Assembly: GCA_044224875.1 (NCBI GenBank)
Contig: JBGAJQ010000096.1
Location: forward strand, 1 to 14,515
Direction of reading: 5' to 3'
Length of the DNA stretch: 14,515 nucleotides
From: Gemmatimonadaceae bacterium
GTDB taxonomy: Bacteria > Gemmatimonadota > Gemmatimonadetes > Gemmatimonadales > Gemmatimonadaceae
In this document: in pieces, positions 1-11,021 of the stretch
Layout: each line of letters opens with the position of its first letter
How positions within the stretch are numbered: the stretch's first letter is position 1
Translations under genes and position numbers: made by a program
Notes under the pieces: model-generated
Told to the model about the DNA's origin: nothing
What the model saw: the letters and a program-made list of their open reading frames with translations, nothing else
The model's database searches: none

Positions 1-1
1 T

Positions 2-661
2 GGCGTCGAGCACGTGCTCGCCGGCCTCACGGATGTCGACGAGCTGCTGCGCGTGCTGGAGGTGCCGCTCGAGCAGGGGAAGAAGGACGACGGCTTGCCG
101 GCAGGTGCAACCTCCGCCAGGACCGTCACGCCGCCGCCGTCCACCGTGCGGACGATTACCTCGCCGCCTCGTCCCCGGTACCAGACGCCGGCTCGCTCCG
201 TGCCGACGGTCGGGTCGGGGTTCCTCCCCGAAGAAGTCCTGGAATTGGTGGATGACCTCACACCATCCGCCGCCAGCAAGCGCAATGGCGCCCGGCAGAC
301 AGTCCTGTTGGTCGAGGATGAAGCGCCACTCCGGCTTGTCCTGAAGGATCTTCTGGAGCGCGACGGCTTCACGGTGGCCGAGGCTGGCGACGGTATTCAA
401 GCACTCGACGAGATCGATCGGAGCGCCCCGGACATTGTCGTCCTCGACCTCAATCTTCCGCGTCTGGACGGGTATGGTGTCCTGTCGCACCTTCGGTCGA
501 AGCCAAACACGGCATCACTTCCGGTGGTGGTCCTGACGGCCAAGGGCGATGAGGACAATGAAGTCCGGGTGTTCGAAACGGGCGCCGACGACTTCCTCAC
601 CAAGCCCTTCCGTCCTCGCGCTCTCATTTCTCGACTGCGGGCTCTTCTTCGACGCACCTAG
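2..661 (+). CDS. 5'-truncated protein: probable C-terminal end of a PilB/GspE-family secretion/pilus ATPase, Pro/Thr-rich linker, C-terminal response-regulator receiver (REC) domain
   Basis: The frame is open from base 2 and reads GVEHVLAGLTDVDELLRVLE, resembling the terminal G..KV..G.T..EE..RV helix of PilB/GspE ATPases. The REC motifs are intact: LLVEDE, VVLDLNLPRLDG (phosphoacceptor Asp), VLTAKG, DDFLTKPF. Stop TAG at 659-661. The REC call is firm; the ATPase assignment rests on about 20 residues. Confidence 0.75.
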   Translation, partial: GVEHVLAGLTDVDELLRVLEVPLEQGKKDDGLPAGATSARTVTPPPSTVRTITSPPRPRYQTPARSVPTVGSGFLPEEVLELVDDLTPSAASKRNGARQTVLLVEDEAPLRLVLKDLLERDGFTVAEAGDGIQALDEIDRSAPDIVVLDLNLPRLDGYGVLSHLRSKPNTASLPVVVLTAKGDEDNEVRVFETGADDFLTKPFRPRALISRLRALLRRT

Positions 662-692
662 AAGTCGAGTCCCGATCATATCGAGTGAGGCG

Positions 693-724
693 CGGGAGCA
701 CAGTATGTGCTCCCGTTCATGTTT
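693..724 (+). terminator. Putative intrinsic terminator
   Basis: Perfect 10-bp stem CGGGAGCACA/TGTGCTCCCG (693-702/706-715) with a 3-nt loop, followed by TTCATGTTT, about 30 nt after the REC gene stop. Confidence 0.55.
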
Positions 725-737
725 CCAGGAGCTGGCG

Positions 738-1202
738 ATGACTGAAATTCGAGTCGGGGTGGTCGACGTCTATGTGCTGTGTCAGGCGAATCCAGAGTGG
801 CAGCTCCTGGTCCTTCGTCGCGGCGTCGGCACGCGCTGCACCGGCGCATGGGAAGGCGTTCACGGCCGTCTGGAAGTGGGTGAAACACCGGCACAATCGG
901 CGACGCACGAACTCGAGGAAGAGACTGGGTTGCGTCCCTCGCGCCTCTACAACGTGGGGTGCTCGCCCTTCTACCTGCATACGATGGACGTCGTGCAGAT
1001 GGCCGTGGTGTTCGCCGCGGTCGTTCTGAATACGAATAATATCACGTTAGGCGCCGAGCATGACGCCTACGAGTGGTTGCCGTACGAAGAGGGGATGCGG
1101 CGGATCGTCTGGCCGCGCTCTCGCCATGCCTTGCGGGACATCCGTGACCTGCTCGCCAGCGGCGATGCGGGTCCAGTCGAGGACGTGGTCCGCGTGCGCT
1201 AA
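738..1202 (+). CDS. Nudix hydrolase (NudB/dATP pyrophosphohydrolase-like)
   Basis: ATG at 738 preceded by AGGAG (727-731). Nudix box GRLEVGETPAQSATHELEEETGL, plus LLVLRR, AWEGVHG and EHDAYEWL segments typical of NudB-like enzymes. 154 aa. Confidence 0.88.
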   Translation: MTEIRVGVVDVYVLCQANPEWQLLVLRRGVGTRCTGAWEGVHGRLEVGETPAQSATHELEEETGLRPSRLYNVGCSPFYLHTMDVVQMAVVFAAVVLNTNNITLGAEHDAYEWLPYEEGMRRIVWPRSRHALRDIRDLLASGDAGPVEDVVRVR

Positions 1203-1870
1203 GGGCGCCCGTTGAACTTGGCGGGCGGTCGCGCGCGTGAGCGAGAACGAATCAGCACGCGTTCGCGCTCCACGCGTTCGAGGATCTGCGTCCACTCCTG
1301 GGAAACCGCCGTCTCGTACTGCAGCGTGAGCGGTTGGTTCACGTCGACCTGACCCTCGAAGATGTACAAGGCGCTCTGCGACTCGCGTTGACGCAGTCGT
1401 TGCGCGCCAAAGCCCGGCGTGAGCGCCACCACCTCGAGCGGGCGGAAGTCCCTGCCGACGGAGGTCACCACCATCTCCATCGGACTGAAGCGCACCTCGC
1501 CCTGCTCGGTTCCAAAGAAGGATACGTACCACAGGCTCAACGCGGGAACGCCGACGCGACGCTCCACCCTCGCCACGGCGTCGCGTTGGCTCGCGACCAG
1601 TTCGTGAAGCGAGCGATACGAATCGGGCGACAGCGTGCGTATGATCGATTCATCCAGGGGAATCGCGCGGACGTCGAGTCCGCCCAGGCTCACCCGAAGG
1701 CCGATGTCGTCCTGCTTGAGCGAACCCAGCCCCGCCGGAATGATCCCTTGCTCGCGCTCCGCCGGAGCGGGTGTAGCGGTGGCCGGGCTGGCAGCGGAGG
1801 TCCGGGGAACGGGGGCGCAGGCGCAACACGCGCCCGCCAATGCGGCCACAAAGGTCAGTCGCGGTGCCAT
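1199..1870 (-). CDS. Hypothetical protein, predicted lipoprotein
   Basis: ATG at 1870 with GGAGG upstream, overlapping the engB 3' end by 16 nt. The N-terminus MAPRLTFVAALAGACCAC is a signal peptide with a lipobox-like Cys, followed by an Ala/Pro linker and a globular domain. 223 aa. No family recognised. Confidence 0.75.
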   Translation of the reverse strand: MAPRLTFVAALAGACCACAPVPRTSAASPATATPAPAEREQGIIPAGLGSLKQDDIGLRVSLGGLDVRAIPLDESIIRTLSPDSYRSLHELVASQRDAVARVERRVGVPALSLWYVSFFGTEQGEVRFSPMEMVVTSVGRDFRPLEVVALTPGFGAQRLRQRESQSALYIFEGQVDVNQPLTLQYETAVSQEWTQILERVERERVLIRSRSRARPPAKFNGRP

Positions 1871-2499
1871 GAAGGCGCCTCCAGGAGCGACACAATCGCC
1901 TGCGCTAACGCCGTCCTCCCTTCGCCCGTGTGCGCACTGACCGGAATGATCTGGTCGGGGTCGAGGTCGAGCGCAGCCGACAGCTGCACCACGCGTTGTG
2001 CGCCGGCCTGTCGTGCCAGCTTGTCCATCTTCGTGACCGCCACGAGCGTTGGCACGCCAACATCCGCCAGGAAGTCGAGCATGACGCGATCGTCGTCTGT
2101 CGGGTCCCGCCGCACGTCCAGGAGCAACACGACGCCGCGCAGCTGCGAGGCCTGGCGAAGGTACCCCTCGATGAGCGGTTTCCACGCCTCCCGTCGTTCC
2201 TTGGAGATGCGGGCGTAACCATAGCCGGGAAGGTCAACGAGCGTGAACGCGTCGTTCACCCGGAAGAAGTTGATCTCGCGTGTACGTCCGGGTGTGTTGC
2301 TGACGCGGGCGAACTTCCGCCGCCGAAGCAGCAAGTTGAGTAGCGAGGACTTACCAACGTTGGATCGTCCGGCGAACGCGACCTCGGGGAGTGCGGCGTC
2401 CGGTCGCCAACCCTCGGCCGACGCCATCCCGCCGAGGAACTCGAGGTTGCGCACGACGAGTGGCTCCTTCTCGTTCTCTGGCTCCGCCTGAGACGTCAT
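1855..2499 (-). CDS. engB: Ribosome biogenesis GTP-binding protein EngB (YihA/YsxC)
   Basis: G1 GRSNVGKSS, G2 PGRT, G3 DLPGYG and G4 TKMD motifs. Conserved position downstream of clpX-lon. Confidence 0.96.
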   Translation of the reverse strand: MTSQAEPENEKEPLVVRNLEFLGGMASAEGWRPDAALPEVAFAGRSNVGKSSLLNLLLRRRKFARVSNTPGRTREINFFRVNDAFTLVDLPGYGYARISKERREAWKPLIEGYLRQASQLRGVVLLLDVRRDPTDDDRVMLDFLADVGVPTLVAVTKMDKLARQAGAQRVVQLSAALDLDPDQIIPVSAHTGEGRTALAQAIVSLLEAPSWHRD

Positions 2500-2507
2500 C
2501 GTGCTGG

Positions 2508-4916
<2,409 letters not shown>

Positions 4917-4959
4917 GATCGAGAGGGTAGAGTGCGGGGCGGGGGCACAACGACCCCGG

Positions 4960-5000
4960 AAAACTAAGCGCCCGAGGCGGCGGGTGCCGCGTCGGGCGCT
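4960..5000 (-). terminator. Putative intrinsic terminator/hairpin between clpX and lon
   Basis: GC-rich stem AGCGCCCGA/TCGGGCGCT (4967-4975/4992-5000) with an inner GCGGC/GCCGC pair, followed on the minus strand by TAGTTTT. Confidence 0.5.
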
Positions 5001-5028
5001 GCGCTGGGAAGGCGGGAACCGCGGCGGC

Positions 5029-6279
5029 CTACGCCTCTTTCTTCTGCCGCTTGGGGTTGATTTCCAACAGCGGGGGGGCGCCGTGCATGATGCACGCCTC
5101 GGTGACCTTGACCTCCACCACATCCTCGCGACTCGGGAGGTCGAACATGACGTCGAGCAACGTTTCCTCGACGATGGCGCGGAGGCCACGCGCCCCTGTG
5201 CCGCGCTTGAGCGCCTTCTGGGCCACGGCGCGCAGCGCGCTCTCCTCGAACGTGATCTTCACGTCCTCCAACTCAAAGAGCTTATGGTACTGCTTGGTGA
5301 GCGCGTTCTTTGGCTCCTTGAGGATCCGCACCAGCGCTTCTTCGTCGAGCGCTTCGAGCGGCACCATCACTGGCAAGCGTCCCACGAGTTCCGGGATCAG
5401 CCCGTACCGCAGTAGGTCGTCAGGCTCAACTTCGATGAAGATGTTCTTCTTCAGCTGCTTGCTCTTGCCGTTCTTGGCGTCGTCGGGCGTAAAGCCGATC
5501 TGCTTTCTGCCCGTTCGTGCCTCGATGATCTTTTCCAGTCCGTCAAAGGCCCCGCCACAAATGAACAGGATGTCCTTTGTGTTGATCTGGATATACTCCT
5601 GTTGCGGATGCTTGCGGCCACCCTGCGGCGGGACGGAGGCCACCGTTCCCTCGAGAATCTTCAGCAGCGCCTGCTGCACGCCTTCGCCGGAGACGTCGCG
5701 TGTGATACTCGGGTTCTCGCTCTTGCGGGCGATCTTGTCGATTTCGTCGATGTAGACGATGCCGCGTTCGCACTCGGCGACGTTGAAGTCACCGGCCTGC
5801 AGCAGCCGCACCAGGATGTTCTCGACGTCCTCACCGACGTAACCGGCCTCGGTCAGTGTCGTGGCGTCGGCGATCGTGAAGGGCACGTCCAAGATGCGGG
5901 CGAGCGTCTGTGCCAACAGGGTCTTGCCAACACCCGTGGGTCCGAGCAAGAGGATGTTCGACTTGTCCAGCTCGACTTCGTTGTCCCTGGCGGCCCCGGA
6001 GTTGATGCGCTTGTAGTGGTTGTAGACCGCAACGGCCAGCGCCTTCTTCGCCTGCTCCTGACCAATCACGTACTGGTCCAGCACATCCTTGATCTCGAGC
6101 GGGGTGGGAACCTGCGTGATCGCTTCAGCAACCTCGCGCTCCTCGTCCTCGGCCAGGATCTCGTTGCAGAGGGCGATACACTCGTTGCAGATGTAGACGG
6201 ACGGCCCAGAAATGAACTTCCGGACGGAGTCCTTCGATTTCCCGCAGAACGAACAGCGGAGATGTTTGTCGTGAGACAT
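5029..6279 (-). CDS. clpX: ATP-dependent Clp protease ATP-binding subunit ClpX
   Basis: Zn finger CSFC...CNEC, Walker A GPTGVGKT, pore loop GYVG, Walker B YIDEIDK, RKH loop, IGF loop (KQIGF) and GARGLR. Confidence 0.98.
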   Translation of the reverse strand: MSHDKHLRCSFCGKSKDSVRKFISGPSVYICNECIALCNEILAEDEEREVAEAITQVPTPLEIKDVLDQYVIGQEQAKKALAVAVYNHYKRINSGAARDNEVELDKSNILLLGPTGVGKTLLAQTLARILDVPFTIADATTLTEAGYVGEDVENILVRLLQAGDFNVAECERGIVYIDEIDKIARKSENPSITRDVSGEGVQQALLKILEGTVASVPPQGGRKHPQQEYIQINTKDILFICGGAFDGLEKIIEARTGRKQIGFTPDDAKNGKSKQLKKNIFIEVEPDDLLRYGLIPELVGRLPVMVPLEALDEEALVRILKEPKNALTKQYHKLFELEDVKITFEESALRAVAQKALKRGTGARGLRAIVEETLLDVMFDLPSREDVVEVKVTEACIMHGAPPLLEINPKRQKKEA

Positions 6280-6369
6280 GGCGCAGGAACCGACTGGGGG
6301 ATCGTCCGGGTGGGCGCGCGGCGGACTACCTACCTAATAGACGCGTCGCGAGCGAGTCAAGCAAAGCGA

Positions 6370-6403
6370 GCCCTAGTTTGTGATATCTGTCACAAACTAG
6401 GGC
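6370..6403. repeat. Perfect 14-bp inverted repeat with TGTGA-N6-TCACA core (candidate CRP-family operator or RNA hairpin)
   Basis: GCCCTAGTTTGTGA-tatctg-TCACAAACTAGGGC in the clpP-clpX intergenic region. The repeat is seen directly; its function is inferred. Confidence 0.7.
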
Positions 6404-6410
6404 CTCGGTG

Positions 6411-7040
6411 TCATCCCGCCAACGCCGTCGCACGGACGGCCTCAGCGACCTCAGCCCGATTTACCACGACGTTGTCGATCAGGCCGTAGTTCTTGGCTTC
6501 GTCCGCCGACATGAAGCGGTCGCGATCCACGTCGCGTTCGATCTGTTCGACGGCTCGTCCTGTGTGCTTCGCCATCAGGTCGTTCATTTTGCCGCGCAGG
6601 TAAATGATCTCACGTGCCTGAATTTCGATGTCGGCGGCCGTACCCTGAGCGCCACCTGACGGCTGGTGAATCATGATGCGGGAGTGTGGCAACGCCGCCC
6701 GCTTGCCCGGCTTTCCGGCGGCCAGCAGGAACGCCCCCATGCTCGCGGCCAAGCCCATGCAGGTGGTGTTCACCGGCGACTTGAGGAACTGCATGGTGTC
6801 GTAAATCGCGAGACCGGCAGAGACGCTCCCACCAGGAGAGTTGATGTACAGATGGATGTCTCGATCGGGGTTGTCCGCGTCCAGAAAAAGGAGCTGAGCG
6901 ATGATGATGTTTGCCACATCGTCGTTGATCGGCGTACCGAGGAACACGATGCGGTCCATCAACAGGCGGCTGAAAATGTCGTAAGTGCGCTCGCCGCGGC
7001 TGGAACGCTCGATGACGTACGGAGGATAAATGGTCGCCAT
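6411..7040 (-). CDS. clpP: ATP-dependent Clp protease proteolytic subunit ClpP
   Basis: [11 protein letters not shown]...[19 protein letters not shown], catalytic Ser (AASMG), His (MIHQP) and Asp (DRDRFM). ATG at 7040. 209 aa. Confidence 0.97.
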   Translation of the reverse strand: MATIYPPYVIERSSRGERTYDIFSRLLMDRIVFLGTPINDDVANIIIAQLLFLDADNPDRDIHLYINSPGGSVSAGLAIYDTMQFLKSPVNTTCMGLAASMGAFLLAAGKPGKRAALPHSRIMIHQPSGGAQGTAADIEIQAREIIYLRGKMNDLMAKHTGRAVEQIERDVDRDRFMSADEAKNYGLIDNVVVNRAEVAEAVRATALAG

Positions 7041-7110
7041 GGTCTGCCCTAGAACGTCGGTTGGTGAGGAGTTTCGGCGAATTTCTACCGGGGGAAAGGT
7101 GCTTGTCAGA

Positions 7111-8346
7111 CTATTCGACCGTGTTTTTCTCGAATAACCACTTGAAGACCTTGTCTTCGGTAATCCCTCGTTCCAGCTCTTTGAGGCGCCCTGCCTTCTG
7201 CAACGACGCATACAACTGACCGACGTCCACACCCCGCTTTCCAGCGAGTTCGGTCACTTTGTCATCCAAGTCCGATTCCGTTGAGGCGAGGGATTCCCGC
7301 TCGGCTATCGTCTCGATGATGAGGTCGCGCCGGACCTGTCGTTCTGCCATGGGACGAAACTGGCCGGCAAAGCGTTCCCGCTCTGCCTCCGGAATCTGGT
7401 AGGCCTCCTCGTACGCTTGCACCAGCTGTGCCACCCAGCTTGGTGGCACGTCGAAGGCATTGGCGCCAATGATCTCGTCCAGGAGCTTTTGTCGGACGTC
7501 GGAATCGGCGTCCCGGACCGAGTTATTTGTCAGGTCCGTTCGAACGGCGGTGCGCAGGGCGTTCATTGACTCGAAGTCGCCCACTTCGCGGGCGAAGGCG
7601 TCGTCGAGATCCGGCAGCGACTTGCGCTTGACGTCGTTGACGGTGACGCGAACCTGTTTCGTCTTGGATCGCTGTGCTTCGTCCGGGAAGTCGTCCGGCC
7701 ACTTGACCGGTCGCTCCGTGGTGGCGCCCGGTGCGGTCTCCATGATGAGTTCTTCGATGCCCGGAATGGCCTGCCCAGCCCCGATGACGATCCGATACTC
7801 CTTTCCTTCAGGCGTTTCGCCCTCTTCGCTCGTCGCCAGGACGGCACTCACCATGTCCCCTTCACGCGGCTTTTCCTCCACGGGGGTCCACGAGGCGCGT
7901 TGTTCGCGGATCTGTTCGATCTGCTCGTCGACGTCGCTGTCACCGACCGGTTTCTCGGTGCGCGTGACGCGGAAGCCGCTGGTGCGGGCCAACTCCAACT
8001 CGGGTCGCACCTCCAGGTGCATCTCGAACGTCAGCGGCTCGCCGTCGGTGAACTTGAGGTCGTGCACGTGCGGCTGTGCCGCCAGCTTGAACGTTGCACC
8101 GTCCACAATCTGCTTGTACGCCGCCTGGACGATGGCTTCCAGCGTTTCCTGCCGGATCGCATCGCCGAATTGCTTGAGGACGATTGCTGGCGGTGCCTTG
8201 CCGGGCCGAAATCCTGGCAGGCGAACCTTGGAGGCGTAACGCTTGGCGGTCTGCTCCTGGGTCGAGCGGACGGTTTCGACCGGCACTTCGACGGCGACCA
8301 GTCGTTCGACGCCATCGGTCTTTTTGGGAGTAATCTGGATGTTCAT
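7111..8346 (-). CDS. tig: Trigger factor
   Basis: Ribosome-binding signature [10 protein letters not shown], central FKBP-like domain, LPDLDDAFA motif, and position directly upstream of clpP. ATG at 8346. 411 aa. Confidence 0.95.
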   Translation of the reverse strand: MNIQITPKKTDGVERLVAVEVPVETVRSTQEQTAKRYASKVRLPGFRPGKAPPAIVLKQFGDAIRQETLEAIVQAAYKQIVDGATFKLAAQPHVHDLKFTDGEPLTFEMHLEVRPELELARTSGFRVTRTEKPVGDSDVDEQIEQIREQRASWTPVEEKPREGDMVSAVLATSEEGETPEGKEYRIVIGAGQAIPGIEELIMETAPGATTERPVKWPDDFPDEAQRSKTKQVRVTVNDVKRKSLPDLDDAFAREVGDFESMNALRTAVRTDLTNNSVRDADSDVRQKLLDEIIGANAFDVPPSWVAQLVQAYEEAYQIPEAERERFAGQFRPMAERQVRRDLIIETIAERESLASTESDLDDKVTELAGKRGVDVGQLYASLQKAGRLKELERGITEDKVFKWLFEKNTVE

Positions 8347-8402
8347 GCGACGTTCAATGCGGCGGAATCCCGGTGCAGCCGGGGAACGAGTTGTGCTCGT
8401 GA

Positions 8403-8431
8403 AAGGTAATCCCTCGCCAAGCTCCCTCCAA
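8403..8431 (-). promoter_or_regulatory. Possible sigma70-type promoter for tig
   Basis: Minus strand TTGGAG-N17-TACCTT, about 55 nt upstream of the tig ATG. Each hexamer matches the consensus at only 3/6. Confidence 0.3.
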
Positions 8432-8557
8432 CGCATCCAGGGGCGTTCCCGCGCGGATTGGATCGCCCACATTTGGGCGACCCGTGGCCTTGCGGCGGTG
8501 TTCGAGGTAGCGTTCTCAAGCGCGGTTTGTGGTTAGGCACTCTGACGGGAGTAACGT

Positions 8558-9451
8558 ATGCGACGGCTGGTCACCACCGTGGCGATGGCGATGCTCTGGT
8601 CCGCGTCGCCCGTGGGGGCACAGCGGATGACGCTGGAGTCCGTGAAAACCAGCGATACGACGGTCGTTCACTCGCTCCGATTGCGCGATGGATCCACGAT
8701 CGTGGGGCGGATTGTGTCGGTCACCGCCGACTCCGCGCGGGTGCAGCTACGAGCCGGAACCTTGTCGCTGGCCCGCGTGGACATCCTCGAGGTGACCGAG
8801 TCGTCGACGAGTCGCATGCGGAACGGCGTCTACTGGTTCGACAATCCGCACGCCACCAGGCTGCTGTTCTCACCGACGGCGTTTCCGCTCGAGCAAGGAA
8901 CCGGGTATTTCTCGGACATCTACCTCTTTCTGGCGGGCGCGCAGTGGGGCGTCACGAACCGGGTCTCCATCGGCGGCGGGTTGTCGCTGTTCCCCACCGA
9001 GGATTTTTCGGACAACATGTTTTATCTGACGCCCAAGGTGACGGTGGTTGATGCGCCTCGGGTGAAAATGTCGTTAGGTGGTTTTCTGGGCTGGGTTGGC
9101 GCGGCCGCCGATGAGGGGGCATCGGGAAGTCTGGGCTTGTTATACGGAGTGGCGTCCACGGGGACGAGGGACAGTAACCTCAGTCTGGGACTCGGCTGGG
9201 GGTACTACGGTGGTGACATCGCTGACATTCCGGTCATCATGCTGGGAGGGCAGGGGCGCATCAGCCGTCGCCTGTCTGTGATCAGCGAGAACTGGTTCGT
9301 GCATGACGCAGGCGACACCGACGGCGTGATTTCGTACGGCCTGCGATTTCTGGGCGAGCGCATGTCCGTCGATCTGGCGTTCATCAATGCCCTCGGGAAA
9401 GATATGATCTTTCCCGGCGTTCCATTCGTTGGATTCGCGGTGAAGTTCTAG
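8558..9451 (+). CDS. Hypothetical exported protein, predicted outer-membrane beta-barrel with a small N-terminal domain
   Basis: GGGAG upstream of ATG 8558. Signal peptide MRRLVTTVAMAMLWSASPVGA. Amphipathic Gly/aromatic-rich strands (NLSLGLGWGY, ISYGLRF, MSVDLAF) and a terminal Phe (GFAVKF). 297 aa. Confidence 0.75.
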   Translation: MRRLVTTVAMAMLWSASPVGAQRMTLESVKTSDTTVVHSLRLRDGSTIVGRIVSVTADSARVQLRAGTLSLARVDILEVTESSTSRMRNGVYWFDNPHATRLLFSPTAFPLEQGTGYFSDIYLFLAGAQWGVTNRVSIGGGLSLFPTEDFSDNMFYLTPKVTVVDAPRVKMSLGGFLGWVGAAADEGASGSLGLLYGVASTGTRDSNLSLGLGWGYYGGDIADIPVIMLGGQGRISRRLSVISENWFVHDAGDTDGVISYGLRFLGERMSVDLAFINALGKDMIFPGVPFVGFAVKF

Positions 9452-9477
9452 CCCTGCAGTCGGCAGCTACCTTGACC

Positions 9478-9500
9478 TGGCGCACTTGCGCCATTCCCTT
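9478..9500 (+). terminator. Weak candidate terminator in the convergent gap between the barrel gene and crtI
   Basis: TGGCGC-actt-GCGCCA stem followed by TTCCCTT; the U-tract is poor. Confidence 0.3.
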
Positions 9501-9548
9501 CGGCGCTGCGGTGCCGACGCCAGCGCGTGGTGGCGCGGCGGCCAGCGT

Positions 9549-11021
9549 TCAGGTGGCCGGGCCGATCAGGTCCGCGACGATCTTGCCTGAACTCAGCACC
9601 CCCGGAATCCCCGCGCCAGGATGCGTGCCCGCGCCGGCGAGATACAGGTTGGGAATGTCCTCGCTGACATTGTGCGGGCGAAGCCATGCGGACTGCGTCA
9701 GCACAGGTTCAACGGCGAAGGCGCTTCCCAGGTGGCTGCCAAGTTCGTCGCGGAAGTAACGCGGGTCGACGACGCGCTGCGTGACCACATGTCGTGACAG
9801 GTTGGGGAGATAGCGTTGTTCCAGGTACGACATGATGGCGCGCTGATACCCTGGGAGCACCGTTGGCCAGTCGATAGCGCCGCCAAGATGAGGTACTGGG
9901 GACAGCACATACCAGGCGTCGCATCCTGCCGGGGCCAGCGAGGGATCGGTGGCCGTGGGCCGATGCAGGTACAGCGAAAAGTCGGCGGCCAGGACCTTTC
10001 GGTGAAAGATGTCCGCCAACAGCGCGCGATAGCGCGGGCCCATGAGGATTTCGTGGTGCGCCACGTCCTCATAACGCCGATTGGTACCGAAATAAATCAC
10101 CACCAGCGACATCGAGTAGCGTAACCGTTGCACGCGACGGTCGGAGTTCACACGCCGGAACTGGGGCGCGACGAGGTGCTGGTAGGTTGTGGCATGGTCG
10201 GCATTACTGACCACTGCGTCTGCCGCCACCACCTGCCCGGACGCCAGTCGCACGCCGGTGGCTCGCCGAGTGACGGGATGGATGACGATCTCCGCGACGC
10301 CGGCATTCAGGTGCAACGATCCTCCAAGCGACTCGAGCAGCGTCACGAGGGCTTGGACCACAGCACCCATTCCGCCCATGGCGAACCAGACACCCCACTC
10401 CTTTTCCAGCGTGTGAATGAGCGCGTAGATGGAGGAGCTGTCGAAGGGGTTGCCGCCGATCAGCAGGGGATGGAAGGAGAGCAGCTGCCGCACGCGTTCG
10501 TCCCGGACGTAGCCGTTCACCATTGCGGCGACCGACCGCCATGCCTTGACACGGAGGAGCGCCGGCGCGTGTCGCGCCATGGCGGTCCATCGGTGAAACG
10601 GCGTATCGATGAGCGGCATGGCGGCGTCGAAGACCTCACGAGCCGCGGCGCTGAACTGCCGGTAGCCTTGCACGTCCGGTGGATGGAGCTGACGGATTTG
10701 GTCCTCGGTCTCGTCATCGCGTCCGGTGTAACGGAAGCTGGTGCCGTCCTCGAAGCGCACCCGATAGAACGGGTTCAGGGGGACCAGCTGCAGCGCATCC
10801 GCCATGCGGCGCCCCGCCAGCCGAAACAGGTCGTCGAGTAGCCAGGGGGCCGTGAGGATCGTCGGCCCAGCGTCGAACGTGAAGCCGTCCTGAGTGAACA
10901 CGGACGCCCGGCCGCCAGCGCGGTCGCGTTGCTCGAGCACCGTCACCGTGTGGCCCTGCGCCTGAAGCCGGATGGCGGCGGCGAGTCCGCCAAATCCGCT
11001 GCCGATCACGACGATGTTCAG
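9549..11021 (-). CDS. crtI: Phytoene desaturase (CrtI family)
   Basis: FAD-binding NIVVIGSGFGGLAAA, GGRA, FTFDAGPT, FSLYLHRPT and C-terminal LYLAGAGTHPGAGIPGV motifs. The start is placed at CTG 11021 (see findings); the first canonical alternative is GTG 11009. Confidence 0.93.
   Translation of the reverse strand: MNIVVIGSGFGGLAAAIRLQAQGHTVTVLEQRDRAGGRASVFTQDGFTFDAGPTILTAPWLLDDLFRLAGRRMADALQLVPLNPFYRVRFEDGTSFRYTGRDDETEDQIRQLHPPDVQGYRQFSAAAREVFDAAMPLIDTPFHRWTAMARHAPALLRVKAWRSVAAMVNGYVRDERVRQLLSFHPLLIGGNPFDSSSIYALIHTLEKEWGVWFAMGGMGAVVQALVTLLESLGGSLHLNAGVAEIVIHPVTRRATGVRLASGQVVAADAVVSNADHATTYQHLVAPQFRRVNSDRRVQRLRYSMSLVVIYFGTNRRYEDVAHHEILMGPRYRALLADIFHRKVLAADFSLYLHRPTATDPSLAPAGCDAWYVLSPVPHLGGAIDWPTVLPGYQRAIMSYLEQRYLPNLSRHVVTQRVVDPRYFRDELGSHLGSAFAVEPVLTQSAWLRPHNVSEDIPNLYLAGAGTHPGAGIPGVLSSGKIVADLIGPAT

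Noticed and set aside
4917..5189. N-terminal extension of the lon ORF overlapping clpX, raising the idea of a ClpX-Lon frameshift fusion
   Set aside because: The extension is Arg/Pro-rich and unlike Lon, it lies in the +1 frame of clpX with no recognisable shift signal, and open frames of this length are common at high GC.
8347..8557. Possible tRNA upstream of tig, where many bacteria carry tRNA-Leu
   Set aside because: No cloverleaf with acceptor stem and T-arm could be built on either strand. Only a short TCGCCCA/TGGGCGA hairpin is present.
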